Shown here: positions 11,456 through 23,629 of the stretch, piece by piece
How the letters are laid out: each line of letters opens with the position of its first letter
Numbering within the stretch: the first letter of the stretch is position 1
Assembly: GCF_004010195.1 (NCBI RefSeq)
Contig: NC_057718.1
Span: 101,404,629-101,468,628 of the forward strand
Length of the DNA stretch: 64,000 nt
Reading direction: 5' to 3'
Source: Chiloscyllium plagiosum
Lineage: Eukaryota
Notes under the pieces: model-generated
Told to the model about the DNA's origin: nothing
Database searches by the model: none
The model's input: only the letters and a program-made list of their open reading frames with translations
Position numbers and translations under genes: made by a program

Positions 11456-12449
11456 ATGTTTCCAAGAAACACTTTAATAGGTGCCTATGCCATAACAACA
11501 AATTGATATTTCAAGAATTGTGCAGTACAAATCTGCCTGCTCTGCTTCTCTTTATTTATCCGGCAAGTTCTAGCGTATTTTCAGGATCCTGATTTTTTTT
11601 CTAGTGTATACAAGCACAAACCCGGTTAAAGCTCCATCGAAACAACATACTCGGTGCTTAACCCAGCAGCAACGATATTTTGCCAACTTGATGTGCAGGC
11701 AACTGAGGACTGAAGGCTCCAGATATTGTGGCATTATTCAATTTGACAATTTTGCCACTTTTTGCAATAATAAAGTGTTGAAACTACAACATGTTACACT
11801 TATGACAGGCACAGCTTGCCTACATCAAACACATCTAGATTTCCATCTGCTGATTCAATGTAGCAAAATGATATTAAGATTCAGCATGGATATAAAATGA
11901 GGAAGCACCTTTTCACAATATTATCATAACAATTCACTCAATAATTTATAATTTACTTTGTAATGGCATATTTCTGATTTGTCCCTATTTCTTGTAGTTA
12001 GGAGCAAGGTGTATGTATTATTTAGAAGACAGTACTTTGATTGCACCTCAAACAAATTTCAATTTTCTAAGTAAGTATGAAGGGCATGGTTTTATGGCTT
12101 GCACTGTTGTATCTGAAAGGAAAGGTACCATAGCGCAGCTTATTGTACAAATTAAGTGGATTACTGACCACCTCCCTTGAAACTATATCAATCGACCCTT
12201 GTTGCACAGTAAAGGGAAATCTGCAAACTCTGTGGCTGTACTAGACCTTTAGGAAGGTTTTCTCTGAGTCCAATCATTTTGGATGACATTACTAAGCTTG
12301 TAGTTCTGTTCAAGAAAATGACAAACAGTAAAGAAGATTGAAACATAGTGAAACAATTTAACGTGCATTCTCAGAATCTTTTACTGCTCTGACTGTTCAT
12401 CCAACATACAATATTCCAAAGTACTTATATGGTGTATTATGTCTGAGTC

Positions 12450-12698
12450 ATGGCTCAGTGATGGCCTCTGTTATCTCTGACACTGAAGGTTGTGGATTTA
12501 AGTCCAATTTCAGATGTTTGAGCTGAAACTCCGGATCGACGCTCCCTTCTGAAGGCAGTGCTGCACTGTCAGAGATGCTGTATTTCAGGTGAAACACAAA
12601 CTCAAGACCCATCCGCCTTCTGAATGTTGTGAAATATCTCATGGTATTATTTCGAAGTTGAATTTTCACCAGTGTCCCCATCAATGTTTGTCCTTTGA
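12450..12698 (+). mobile_element. Deu-domain SINE
   Basis: tggctcagtgatggc...gaaggttgtggatttaagtcc...agtgctgcactgtcagagatgctg. Confidence 0.6.
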
Positions 12699-12712
12699 CC
12701 AATAACTTCGAG

Positions 12713-12837
12713 GGAAGAAGGGCTTATGCCCGAAACGTCGATTCTCCTGTTCCCTGGATGCTGCCTGACCTGCTGCGCTTTTCCAGCAACACATTTTCAG
12801 CTCTGATCTCCAGCATCTGCAGACCTCACTTTCTCCT
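12713..12837 (+). mobile_element. Young PLE family A 3' fragment, truncated inside the hammerhead core
   Basis: gaagggcttatgcccgaaacgtcgattctcc...cagcatctgcagacctcactttctcct. Exact 14-bp TSD ccaataacttcgag at 12699-12712 and 12838-12851. Confidence 0.8.
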
Positions 12838-12879
12838 CCAATAACTTCGAGACCAACCTCAGAGCCATTATAAAATCTG

Positions 12880-12978
12880 ACAGAACTGCGGAAGCTGGAA
12901 ATCAGAAACAAAAGCAGAAATTGCTAGGACAGAGAAATCAGCGTTAACGTTTCAGTTCCAGTGACCCTTCCTCCGAAT
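12880..12978 (-). mobile_element. PLE family B fragment with mutated hammerhead
   Basis: agaactgcggaagctggaaatcagaaacaaaagcagaaattgc...gttaacgtttcagttccagtgacccttcctccgaa. Confidence 0.65.
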
Positions 12979-13289
12979 CCTCCCATTATTCTCTCCATCA
13001 GCTTGAGTAAACTGAATTGAATGTCGCACTGAACTTTGCTTTGTGTGAGATCGTCTATGATACGATTAAAATCTCATAATGAATACCTTTATAACTATAT
13101 TTATCCTGTTCACTGTTATATATGTGGAATGTAATATGAATGTGGCTTTTTCTCAGTTGAAAAAACAAGTACAGCTGCCCTTCTGGACGTCTGGTTGAGA
13201 AGCTTTGTGAGAGTTTGACAAAGAAAGGTTTTTGTTTCGCTTTACAATGAGGGATTTAATCATTTAGCATTCAGTTCCCTAAGAAAATG

Positions 13290-13650
13290 CTGAATTACTT
13301 GTACCTTTTATGACACAAGGGTGTCCCAAAGCAATTTGTAACTAATGAAGTAATTTTGAAAGATGGTTGTCATTGTGATGTTGGAAACGGGACAGGTTGT
13401 CTGCACACAGCAAGTAATGGGATAATTACCAGATAATCTTTTAAAGATAATGTTGCCAGAGGAATAAGTATTGGGCAGGAAACTAGGAGTCTTACGTACC
13501 CACTCTTCTGCGAAATAGTGTCATGGATCTTCTTTCCCCACATGAGATTTAATGGAAAAATGGCGCCTCTGACGGGGTGACACTCCCTCAGTATGCCACT
13601 GGATTATCAGCCTCAACCTTTGTACTCAAATCTCTTGAACACACTCAATT
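13290..13650 (-). mobile_element. Deu-domain SINE, degraded
   Basis: cccaaagcaattt...aatgaagtaattttgaag...tgcacacagcaag...gcctctgacggggtgacactccctcagta matches the other copies in reverse. Confidence 0.55.
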
Positions 13651-14163
13651 GGAAGTGAGTCCCACCTATAAAATATGGCTGACGCACCTATGCTACATCG
13701 GAGATGTGGCTTTCTGGTTGAGACAATCTGTGCAGAATGCTTTCTGAGAACGGGCATTTCCTATAGCCAGAAACAGAGACCGTGCATAATAACTATGTTT
13801 TTTTATCACTCTTTGAGCTGTCATGTTTATCCCGCATCAAAATGGTCCCCGGTGTGGTTAAACTTGCAACAATTACATACTTTGGAATTCATTATTCGTT
13901 AAATAAACAAACTGCTGAATTCCACGGGGAGACAATGCAGTCAAAAGTCGGACTGTGCCATGCTATTTCTGTAAATTCATTTCAAGCCCAGCTTAGCTGA
14001 TGCTGCAGCTCTACCTCCCCCCCTCTCCCCCCTCTCCCCCACCATGAATACTCCCACAGGAGCTGTCCCCTAGTACCTTCGTGCATTTTGATGCTAAAGC
14101 AGGTTGTACATAAAACAAATAACACGAGTCTTACTGAAAATAGAATGTGGAACTTGTTTTGAC

Positions 14164-14361
14164 CAAAAGCAAAGCAGCCCAAAGCCTCTTCTGAGCTTAA
14201 CTGTGTTCCATTGAGAAGTTTTCTCAATGATAGAGGTTAAGATGCTGCCTGACCTGCTGTGCTGTTCCAGCAATAAAGTTTCAACAAAAGCAAAGCAGCC
14301 CAAAGCCTCTTCTGAGCTTAACTGTGTTCCATTGAGAAGTTTTCTCAATGATAGAGGTTAA
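14164..14361. repeat. Exact 77-bp direct duplication flanking a 44-bp PLE family A piece
   Basis: 14164-14240 is identical to 14285-14361. Insert 14241-14284 is gatgctgcctgacctgctgtgctgttccagcaataaagtttcaa. Confidence 0.92.
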
Positions 14362-15754
14362 AGCTGCATTAAAACTTTAGAATGCACTCCAGGGAAATGG
14401 TGCTTACAGCCCAGAGAGGCCATTTGGCCCAGGCTATCTTGCCAGCTCTTTGCTCAAGTAATCAAAATCTAATTCCACTGCCCTGTTATTTCTCTGTATC
14501 TTCCTCGGTTCAAATGTTTAACTACTTTTCCCTTCGAAGATACAACAGTTTCTGCTCGCACTACTCCCTGTGGCAAACCATGATGATCTCCATTGAACCA
14601 AGCAGAAGAAATAGTCTCTCCCAATTCCCAGCATCCAAACCTTTTATAATTTAAAACAAAACCTCGATTAGATCTCTTATTAGCCTTGTTCACTCCACTG
14701 TGAAGAATAGTGTATCAAGTCACTTTATAACTCTAGTTTCTCATCCCTGGCGTCATCGTGGTAATCTATTCAGTACTCTCTCCGTAGTTTCACTGTTTGT
14801 TTTATAATTGGAAATCCTAATGCTCCGACTGTGGTCTAACCATTACCAGAAACAAATTTATTAACTCTTTGGTCTTGCACTGTATCACTATATAAAAAAT
14901 ACCACTACCCTTTTTTTGTGGCTTTCTCTTCCTGCACTCTGTCTTTGAATAATCACTCTTGTCAATTGAGTATAAGTGCCTGTAAATGTTTTTAATTTCA
15001 AAGTGCATTCACTCCAGTTTTCCCCCAATGTATTGCAGCTTCCAGCACTCTGACAGCCCAGCTTATTCCACCCTGGTGTCTTGGATGTCCGGCTCTCTTG
15101 CTGACTACCCAATGCTACTTTTCACTCTGTCAAAATTTCCCCTGTTTCACACAATGTTACAAGTTGAGAAGCAATGGAAGAGAAAAAAGAAATATTCTCA
15201 CAGATCTCTGAAGTAATGTCCCTGAGGAGTTGGCAGAGATAATTCCCGAAGTGTAAGAGGTTTGAGATTTGTTGTGGTACCTGGGGACGTCTGTGGTGCA
15301 TAATTCTTGCCTGTGAGGATAGGGGCTGCTCATGTTGATGCTCGTTAGGAACCGAGTATGTGTTCCAGATACAAATGCAAAAAACTGCAGCTGCTGCAAA
15401 TCTGAAATACAGCAAATGACAGAGACTGATGAAAGGGAATGGACATGAAAAATTAACTCTGTTACTCGCTACATAGATGCTGCTTGGGCTGCAATAGTTG
15501 TGTAATAAGCCAACTTTTTTTATCAATCTAAAAACATAACGCTGCTCGGCTGCTCCTTGTTAAATTGGAACATTCAAAAAAATGCAGAAGAAGGCTAAAC
15601 ACATCATGCAAATTTGCAGTCCTTAGAGCACTTTTAAACCCATTCGATATAATTGTCTCACAGTTTATATTTGAATTCTGAAAACCTTCTTAGCATTTAC
15701 CGTTTTCATTTCATCTGGCTCTAATGGTGAGCCAAAGGGATACCTCTCCATTTG

Positions 15755-15960
15755 TTTTGATTATTTGATTTATTGTTGTTGTCGCATTTACCTAAGTACG
15801 GTGAAAAGTTTTGTTTTGCGAGCAGTACAGGCAGATTAGGACACACAAGGATGTACAGATTGTAGGGTGATTGAACGGAGTGAGGAATACAAGGTTACAG
15901 CTGCAAGGGAGGTGTAGTCATCTTTACAGACTTAGAAATGCAGAACAATTGCAAAAAACG
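15755..15960 (-). mobile_element. 3' tail of a Rex/Babar-like LINE or its non-autonomous derivative
   Basis: atttgatttattgttg...tacggtgaaaagttttgttttgcgagcagtacagg resembles the reverse complement of the tail at 22200-22280 (ttttcactgtgccttggtacacgggacaat...caaattcaaatt). Confidence 0.55.
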
Positions 15961-16480
15961 TGAGAATAAGACCTGCTGTAGAGAGTTGTCCTGTGTCGGC
16001 GCCATCTTGAGAATAAGACCTGCTTGTAGAGAGTTGTCCTGTGTCGGCGCCATTTTGAGAATAAGACCTGCTGTAGAGAGTTGTCCTGTGTCGGTGCCAT
16101 CTTGAGAATAAGACCTGCTTGTAGAGAGTTGTCCTGTGTCGGTGCCATCTTGAGAATAAGACCTGCTTGTAGAGAGTTGTCCTGTGTCGGCGCCATCTTT
16201 AGAATAAGACCTGCTGTAGAGAGTTGTCCTGTGTCGGCGCCATCTTGAGAATAAGACCTGCTGTAGAGAGTTGTTCTGTGTCGGTGCCATCTTGAGAATA
16301 AGACCTGCTGTAGAGAGTTGTCCTGTGTCGGTGCCATTTTGAGAATAAGACCTGCTGTAGAGAGTTGTCCTGTGTCGGCGCCAACTTTAGAATAAGACCT
16401 GCTGTAGAGAGTTGTCCTGTGTTGGTGCCATCTTGAGAATAAGACCTGCTGTAGAGAGTTGTCCTGTGTCAGTGCCTTCT
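15961..16480. repeat. Minisatellite, 11 tandem copies of a 47/48-bp unit
   Basis: Unit is tgagaataagacctgc(t)tgtagagagttgtcctgtgtcggygccatyt, contiguous with no spacers. Copies 2, 4 and 5 carry an extra T. Confidence 0.97.
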
Positions 16481-16759
16481 TGAATCAACATTTACCTGTT
16501 CGCTAAAATCAAGAGAATGATTGCCTGTGTCTCTTCGATGTATCTGTGAGTGAGCTTAAAGTAGGGCACGCTTGTGTAATTATATTGCATATTTTGTCAA
16601 GAAGGTTCATCTGACTTTTCAAAATAAAGACAGAACCTTAGAAAATGGTTTCCAGAAGTCACATGACTGTTCTTGTCCATGAATTGCAGTCTAAAAGCAG
16701 ACAGACCAACGTGTTAGCTCGGTGTCAATGACAACGGAGTTGTTTAGAATGAAACTAGG

Positions 16760-17080
16760 GAGGCAGTTATGCAGTGGTAATGTCGCTAGGCTAATAATCG
16801 AGCACCTTCAGCTACTGTTCCGGAATTACGGGTTTGAATCCCATCATGGCAGCTGGTGACATCTGATTCCAGTAAAAATCTGGATCAGTTCTTCAGGGAA
16901 GGAAATCTGCCATCTTTACCTGGTCTGGCCTAGATGTGACTCCAGACCCACAACAATGTGGTTGACTCTTCACTTCTCTCTGAAATGACAAGCTTAGCAA
17001 ACTCCTCAGTTTGACTATGGATGGGCAATAAATACTGGGCCAGCCAGGAATTCCCACATCCCATGAGCGTATAAAACGAA
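16760..17080 (+). mobile_element. tRNA-derived SINE, family 2
   Basis: gcagtggtaatgtcgctagg...gggtttgaatcccatc...agggaaggaaatctgccatctttacctggtctggcctagatgtgactccagacccac...gatgggcaataaatactgggccagcc. Confidence 0.75.
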
Positions 17081-18835
17081 AGCAAAACAATGAAGGTGTG
17101 AGAATTCAAAGCTTCTAAGTGAAGGACATCTCAAGGAATTCCAGCATAATTGATCCTGTTTAAAACATAAATCTGTTTTCCTGCTTCTTTTTAAATTGGA
17201 ACATCCAAAAAATTAAGAAGGAGGTTGATGTGCACTATGCAAATTTACAGTTTATGGCACGCTTCATAGATCCATCTGGTGTGGTTGTAGTGCAGTTTAG
17301 ATTTTGATTCTGCAAACCTTTTTAGTTCCGAGCAGGAATCATGGTGTCTCATTCTACATAGGCACCAGTGACACATCTGAATTACAGGATAATGGCAATT
17401 TACAATTTGTATCATTTAATACAAAAAAAACTTTAAAGTTTATTCCGGCTAATATTGTATGCCATTTCAATTCTGATCTTTGTGGACTCTGTCTGCCAAA
17501 AAGACATTGAGAATACCCTTCAATGTGCAACAGAAAAAAGATAATAAATGTAATGGTCTGTTTAAAGGACCATATTATCCAAAGTAATTAGGTCACAGTG
17601 GACTGTGTGCTCAAGGTATTAGGCAAAATGGTGCACACATCACCAAATAAACTTCAAAATTGAATTTTTAATGAACCAAGCATTGCACAGTGCAAATAGA
17701 TGACACACCGGACCATAATTCTTATGCAGTTAATCAAATGAAATGATAATCGTGTCTTAAGATGCAGTAAATGTGGCTGTCCTGTTGACAGTATATGTGC
17801 TAAGGGGATGTGCCAGTGAACACTGGAATCTGGGCTCCACATACAATGTGTTTGTCACTGAATTTATCTGACATAGTAACATTGGAAAAGCCTCACCAGT
17901 AGCCATTATGACACAGGAGGGGGGAGCTCAGCAAAAGATTTCAAGCCTCTTGCGCATTGCACTGAGGATAACCGCTCCATCGTTTCTGACCATGCATTTG
18001 GAAACTAAGCTGTGGAAATCCCCCTCTATATCCTCCAGCATCCAGCTTCCTTTATTCCTTTAGGACGCTCCTTAAAGGCTGCCCCTTTGGCCAAGTTTTA
18101 GACACCTGTCCCTAATTCTCTTTAAGTGGCTCAGTGTCACATATTTGATAATTTTGCAAAGCACCTTGGGAGGTTTGACTATGATAAAACCGCCAAATAG
18201 GTTACTGTCACTTTTTGAACAGATCTATTCACAGAAATAGTTTAACTTCATTGGAACAATTTGCAACATTGGAAATCCAGCCTTGGGTTTAGCACACACA
18301 CACTCAATCAGGCGGGATGGGTAAGCTTAGTCTCTGTTATCTGGAGCAAGGTACTGCATGGGCCAGCACAGTATGTTGACCTGTTCTGAAGGAAGGTCTT
18401 TTTCCCTGGTTTGGGTGAGTCTAAAACAAGAGTGCATAGGTTTAAGGTGAGAGGGGAAAGATTTAAAAAGGAGCTGAGGGGTTACTTTTTCACACAGAGA
18501 GTTGGCAAATGGGACTAGGTCATACTGAGATGCCTGGTTGGTGCAGACAAGTTTTCTGTTTCTGTGCTGTGTGACTCCGTGATTTGACTTGCTTGATTAT
18601 TGTCACATGTACCTCGGTACAGTGAAACATTTTGTTTTGTGTGCAGCACAGGTAGGTCACAGCATACAAAGTGCATTAGGGTAATAGAACAGAGCGAGAA
18701 ATACAATATTATGGCTGTTGAGAAAGTGCACAAAGAGCAAGATCAACATTAAATTTAAAATTTAAGAGGTCCATTCAGTAGTCTAATAACAGCGGGAAAA
18801 GAGCTGTTCTTGAATGTATTGGTACCTGTATGCAA

Positions 18836-19600
18836 ACGAGTTTTGAGAAGATTTGTAGCTCAGGTTCTGAATGTAGGTTTGCTCACTGAGCTGGAAGATT
18901 CATTTTCAGACGTTTAATCACCATACTAGGTAGCATCTTCAGTGAGCCTCCGGATGAAGAACTGTTCATGATTCCTGTTTTCTATTTATATGTTTGGGTT
19001 TCTTTGGGTTGATGATGTCATTTCCTGTTCACTTTCTGAGGGGGTGGTAAATCGGGTCCAATCAATGTGTTTGTTGATGGCATTCCAATTGGAATTCTAT
19101 GCTTCTCGTAATTCTCGTGCGTGCCTCTGTTTGGCTTGTCATAGGATAAATGTGTTGTCCCAGTCAAAGTCGTGTCCTGAGAGATGGTCATGTCATTTTG
19201 TGGCTAGTTGATGTTCATCTCTCTCACTAATATCCTTATGTACAGATGAGGAAGGGCACCACTTCGACTGGGACAACACATCCATCCTAGGACAAGCCAA
19301 ACAGAGACATGCACGAGAATTCCTAGAAGCATGGCATTCCCGACCGGAACTCAACAAACACGTTAACTTGGACCCAATTTACCACCCCCTGAGAAAAAGA
19401 ACAGGAAATGACATCAGCATAGGAAATGGCATCACCACAAAAAAATGACATCACCAACCCAAAGAAACCCAAACATATAAATAGAAAGTAGGAATCATCA
19501 GCAGTGCTTTGTGCGGAGGCTCACTGAAGATGTTACCTAGTATGGTGACGAAACATCTGAAAATGAAGCTTCCAGCTCAGTGAGCAAACCTACATCCAGA
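18836..19600. mobile_element. Penelope-like retroelement 3' end in inverted (fold-back) arrangement, with GIY-YIG endonuclease C-terminus and hammerhead motif (family D)
   Basis: The plus frame from 19221 reads LSLISLCTDEEGHHFDWDNTSILGQAKQRHAREFLEAWHS...NKHVNLDPIYHPLRK, the HxFDW...IL...R..LEA tail of PLE GIY-YIG endonucleases. About 18866-19200 is an imperfect reverse complement of about 19260-19600. Flanks are tgtatgca and tgtataca. Confidence 0.85.
19521..19560 (+). ncRNA. Minimal type I hammerhead ribozyme motif (PLE family D)
   Basis: tca-CTGAAGA-T-GTTACC-tagtat-GGTGAC-GAAAC-ATC-tga. Stem II has 6 bp and stem I is UCA/UGA. The inverted copy near 18906-18944 keeps ACGTC but has TAAA in place of GAAA. 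Confidence 0.6.
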
Positions 19601-20869
19601 TGTATACAGCTCTTTATATCTTGTGTCTGGTGGGAGAGAGTGGAAGAGAGTATAACCGGGGTGGGCCCTTGATGATGGTGGCTGTTTTCCTGAGGCTTTG
19701 GGAAGTGTAGATGGAGTCTGACTCTCTTTGACTTGTCGATTGGGCAGCCTAAACAAAGCCATCAGTAACATTTGTCTTGGACCCAAACTAGGTTGTATAG
19801 TTTTTGGCAAGCTGTAGTTTTACGGTGAAATGTACTCGATTCTAAAGCATGAAAAGGAATTGAGAATTTTACATTTGGCTGCATTTGCTGACCTGGGAAC
19901 ATGTGTTGTGGCTTTGAAATCTCTGAACTAAAGAATGAAGAAATCTTAGCAAACCCTTAGAAGTGAAGAATAAAGGAAAACTGATTCAGAGGAAACCATT
20001 AAAGGAGATAGTTTTAAAAATATTTTAAAATTGGCTTCATGCGTGCTTAAAGAAATTGGAGGTCATCTTGAATTTATCACTCTATTATCGATGTCGACAA
20101 ATCTTCCAACTCCTTTAAATGTGGTTTTGGACATTGCTGTATGTGGTGGCCCTCTCTTATTTACTTCTGCTGTCATCGGTGTTGCCCACATTACAGCTTA
20201 AGTACACAGAGGGGTAGAACTGCCCAGGTTGGGATGTAATTAACGATTCAGTGCAAGTTGTAGCTAAAATTGGGTTTGTTAGTGAGATGTGGGTTTTTGT
20301 CTCTCCCTTGAGATTGCACTCATTCGCATTTTGCTGAACGTAAAATCTACTACAAACCAGCATAAGCGGGTGTCATTTTAAAGTTGCTTCTACAATATGC
20401 TTTGATATATTGAGAAGTGGTGACTTGGTGCAGTATGATTAATACAGCTAAAATCTCTAAAGCAGTTTTGGAGAAAACGTTTCAAGTACAGAAGTAGTCA
20501 TTTTGACAATTTGCTTTCTCTAAGTCGGACAATTATCAAAACAGAAATATCTTTAGAGAAGGAATTCTTTAAAAGTATAAGGGACTGTTTTGATGAAGTG
20601 ATGTGTAGACATCAAAGCCATTTGTAAGTTTATTTCTGTTTTATTGTATTGAATGAGCTTAACCAATATGAGAATCTGTAGGATAAGGTAGACATACCCT
20701 TTTGGAGACACTGCAATCGCAGTTTGAAACTTCTGTCTATTTGGTTGTAGAAGGATTTCAGTGGAACTCATAATAAATTAAATTTAGTTCACATGGGATT
20801 AAATACACAGAACAGTTAAGTACCAGGGAATGTGAACTAGATTGAGGTGACCTAGTTTGCAAAGTGACA

Positions 20870-21200
20870 TGATAAGATCATAAGAAATGGAAGCAGGAGT
20901 AGGGCACTCAGCCTCTTGAGTCTTCTCCTTCATTCAGCAAGGTGACAACTGATCTACATCAACTCTATTTTCCTGCTTTATCTGCTGCCCTTGATTCCCT
21001 TCCTGCCCTCATAAGAATCCATCAGCTGTCTTCTTTAATATTGTCAATGACTGAGCATTCATGGGCTTCTAGGACAGAGCATTCCCAGATTCAAACCCTC
21101 TAAATGATGAAATTTCTCCCCTTCGTTGTAACTGATGGACCCTGCAGTCCTAGATTGCCTAGATTAGGGGAAACAGCCTCTGAGCATTGGTGGGCTGCAA
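20870..21200 (-). mobile_element. Old CR1 LINE 3' end
   Basis: cataagaaatggaagcaggagtagggcactcagcctcttgag...ccttgattccc...agagcattcccagattc is the reverse complement of a CR1 3' UTR. Confidence 0.6.
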
Positions 21201-21324
21201 TTGAGCTTCTCTGTGCTACCCCACCATACACACTTTCCAATCTTGATCACCTCTAATTTTCCCAAGTATAAAGAACAAGGAAAGTCTATGCGTGCCTCTG
21301 CAAATGTAACAAAATAGAGGAAGA

Positions 21325-22280
21325 TTGGGGGCAATATTTCATCCTCACTAACACTGGAGCCCCCCAGGGGTGTGTGCTCAGCCCCCTACTGTACTCACTG
21401 TATACCCATGACTGCATCACCAAATGCCAGACTAATGCCATTTACAAATTCGCTGATGACACCACCATAGTTGGTCGAATTTCAGATGGCAACAAAACAG
21501 ACTACAGACGGGAGGTGGAAGACCTGGACAAATGGTGCACTGAGAACAACCTTGCTCTCAATGCCAGCAAAACCAAGGAACTCATTATTAATTTTCGGCA
21601 GGATGTTACATATGTCCCCTACACATTAACAGCACAGAGGAGGAACGAGTGGAGAGTGTCAAGCTCCTAGGAGTGGTCATCACAACAAGCTTTCTTGGAC
21701 TCTTCCATGTGGACGCACTGGTTACAAAGGCCCAACAATATCTCTTCTTCCTTAGGCCACTGAGGAAATTTGGCATGACAGTGGATACCCTTGCCAAACT
21801 TCATAGGTGCGCCATCGAGAGCATTCTGTTTGGATGTATCTCTACCTGGTATGGCAACTGTACCATTCAAGATCGGAGACGGTTACAGAGAGTGGTGAAC
21901 TCGGCCCGGACAATCACAAAGGCAAACTTCCCACCTACAGAATCCATCCACCAGGCCCACTGTCAAGGAAAGGCCGCCAGCATTCTCAAAGATCCATCCC
22001 ACCCTGGCAATGTTTTTCTACATCCTCTACCATCACGGAGAAAGTTCAGAAGTCTGAACACACGCACAGCTACTCTACTGCAGTTAGAATACTGAATGGA
22101 CTCACAAACTCTTAACATTCACCTGTACCTGTGTTTTTGTTTTTGCCGCTGCTGACCTATTATTTACTTATCTATGTTACTTAACTCTGTGATCTTCCTG
22201 TATTGCTTGAGAGACAAAATTTTTCACTGTGCCTTGGTACACGGGACAATACATTCAATTCAAATTCAAATTCAATTCAC
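21325..22280 (+). mobile_element. Rex1/Babar-type LINE, 5'-truncated, RT C-terminal half plus tail
   Basis: TGAPQGCVLSPLLYSLYTHDC...YKFADDTTIVG...LNASKTKELIINFR, then after a frameshift KAQQYLFFLRPLRKFGM...CAIESILFGCISTWYGNCT. Ends in an (attcaa)n tail. Confidence 0.88.
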
Positions 22281-22649
22281 TTAGTGTTTGATCGGAGTTG
22301 GTCCAAGTATGTTTGCCATCCTGTAGGTGCCTGCAACTTGCCAGCCAATTCATTTGTGAAGTTGACTCACCTGTGGCCCTTGTTATCCCTCACTCGAGCT
22401 TCTCTCCAATTAGTTAAGCTGCACATTTGACAAGTCATAGAGTCATAGCCCAGTCCATCACGCAAGCCAACCTTCCATCCATTGACTCCCACTGCCTGGG
22501 AAAGCAGCCAACATCATCAAAGACCCCTCCCACCCCAATTACACCCTCTTACACCCTCTTCCATCAACTGCAGGATATAGAAGTTTGCATTCACGTACCA
22601 ACACATTCAACACTTACCCTGGCCTTGCCTCGCTCCAACTTTTTTTGAA

Positions 22650-22980
22650 GAATCCCTCCAGTGTGGAAACAGGCCATTTGGCCCAACAAGTCCACACCGA
22701 CCCTCCGAAGAGTAACCCTCCCAGATCCATTCCCCTACCCTATTACTCTACATTTACCCCTGACTAATGCACCTAACCTACACATCCCTGAACATTATGG
22801 GCAATTCAGCATGGCAAATTCACCTCTTTGGATTGTGGAAGGAAACCAGAGCACCAGAGGAAACCCATTCAGACACAGACAGAATGTGCAAACGCAGCAT
22901 GGACAGTCGCCCATAGCTGGAATCGGACCCAGGTCCCTCGCATTGTGAGGCTGTGGGGCTAACCACTAAGCCACCATGCC
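22650..22980 (-). mobile_element. HE1-type V-SINE
   Basis: gtgtggaaacaggccatttggcccaacaagtccacaccgacc...gggcaattcagcatggc...ctaaccactaagccaccatgcc. Confidence 0.85.
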
Positions 22981-23629
22981 ACATTTCTGCAGCTCAAACA
23001 GGATCACCACACCCACCTCACTGCAGGCTCAAGTAGTTAAAACAGGGTGAACTAGGGCAGAGGTGCTAGTGAGTCAGCTGTCTATTTTTGTGGTGGGAAG
23101 TTTGTGTTTCACACACACAGTGTTCCACCTCTGCCCAACTTCATCCTGTTTAACCAGTGGCTACCAGGGAAGGCCATTGCTTCAACCCTGGGTCTCACGC
23201 CAAGTTAGCCCACTCCAGGAGGGGCAGATGTCGAAGCAGCACTGCTTTTCTAATAGCCCCCAGATTAGTGGCATGTTTTCCTAGTCTTTATCTCTACCCC
23301 TTGTTCCTTGTTTGAAAGAAGGCAGGTGTGTGAATGACAGATGAGCTTTCTCTCAGGTATCACACCCCAGTCCATTGCTCCATTGCCATTGACATGGCAG
23401 CACAAGGGGAACGGCACCCCTCCGATTACATTACCCAGAATCCATGGGCAACTCTCTGCTGCTGAAAAGAAATATCAACTTCAGTGAAGATACACAGTTG
23501 ATAAATTTGAATACTACCCTCTGGTTGTAGTTGAGCTCTGTTTTGAAGTATACGCAGTGAGTTGGACCATTCGCCATTTTACTGGGTTTTTCTTCCTGGG
23601 TATTAAAATGTTGCCAATATTGTTTTGTC

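Larger units (their letters stand above)
18583..19730 (-). mobile_element. Rex/Babar-like LINE 3' end, split by the Penelope insertion
   Basis: Tail gatttgac...gattattgtcacatgtacctcggtacagtgaaa runs to ...ggtacctgtatgcaa and resumes after the PLE at tgtatacagctctttatatc...gaagagagtataaccggggtggg. Confidence 0.6.

Noticed and set aside
15895..16384. Repetitive ORFs (MAPTQDNSLQ...) as a repeat protein
   Set aside because: They arise from the 47/48-bp tandem unit cycling through frames. No splice or homology support.
15961..16480. CRISPR-like array
   Set aside because: Units are contiguous with no unique spacers, there are no cas genes, and the context is vertebrate. It is a minisatellite.
21374..22095. 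ORFs as a host gene (ALKBH8-N/DUF1891-like)
   Set aside because: They are contiguous with RT motifs, frameshifted, and end in a microsatellite tail, so this is a truncated Rex/Babar LINE.
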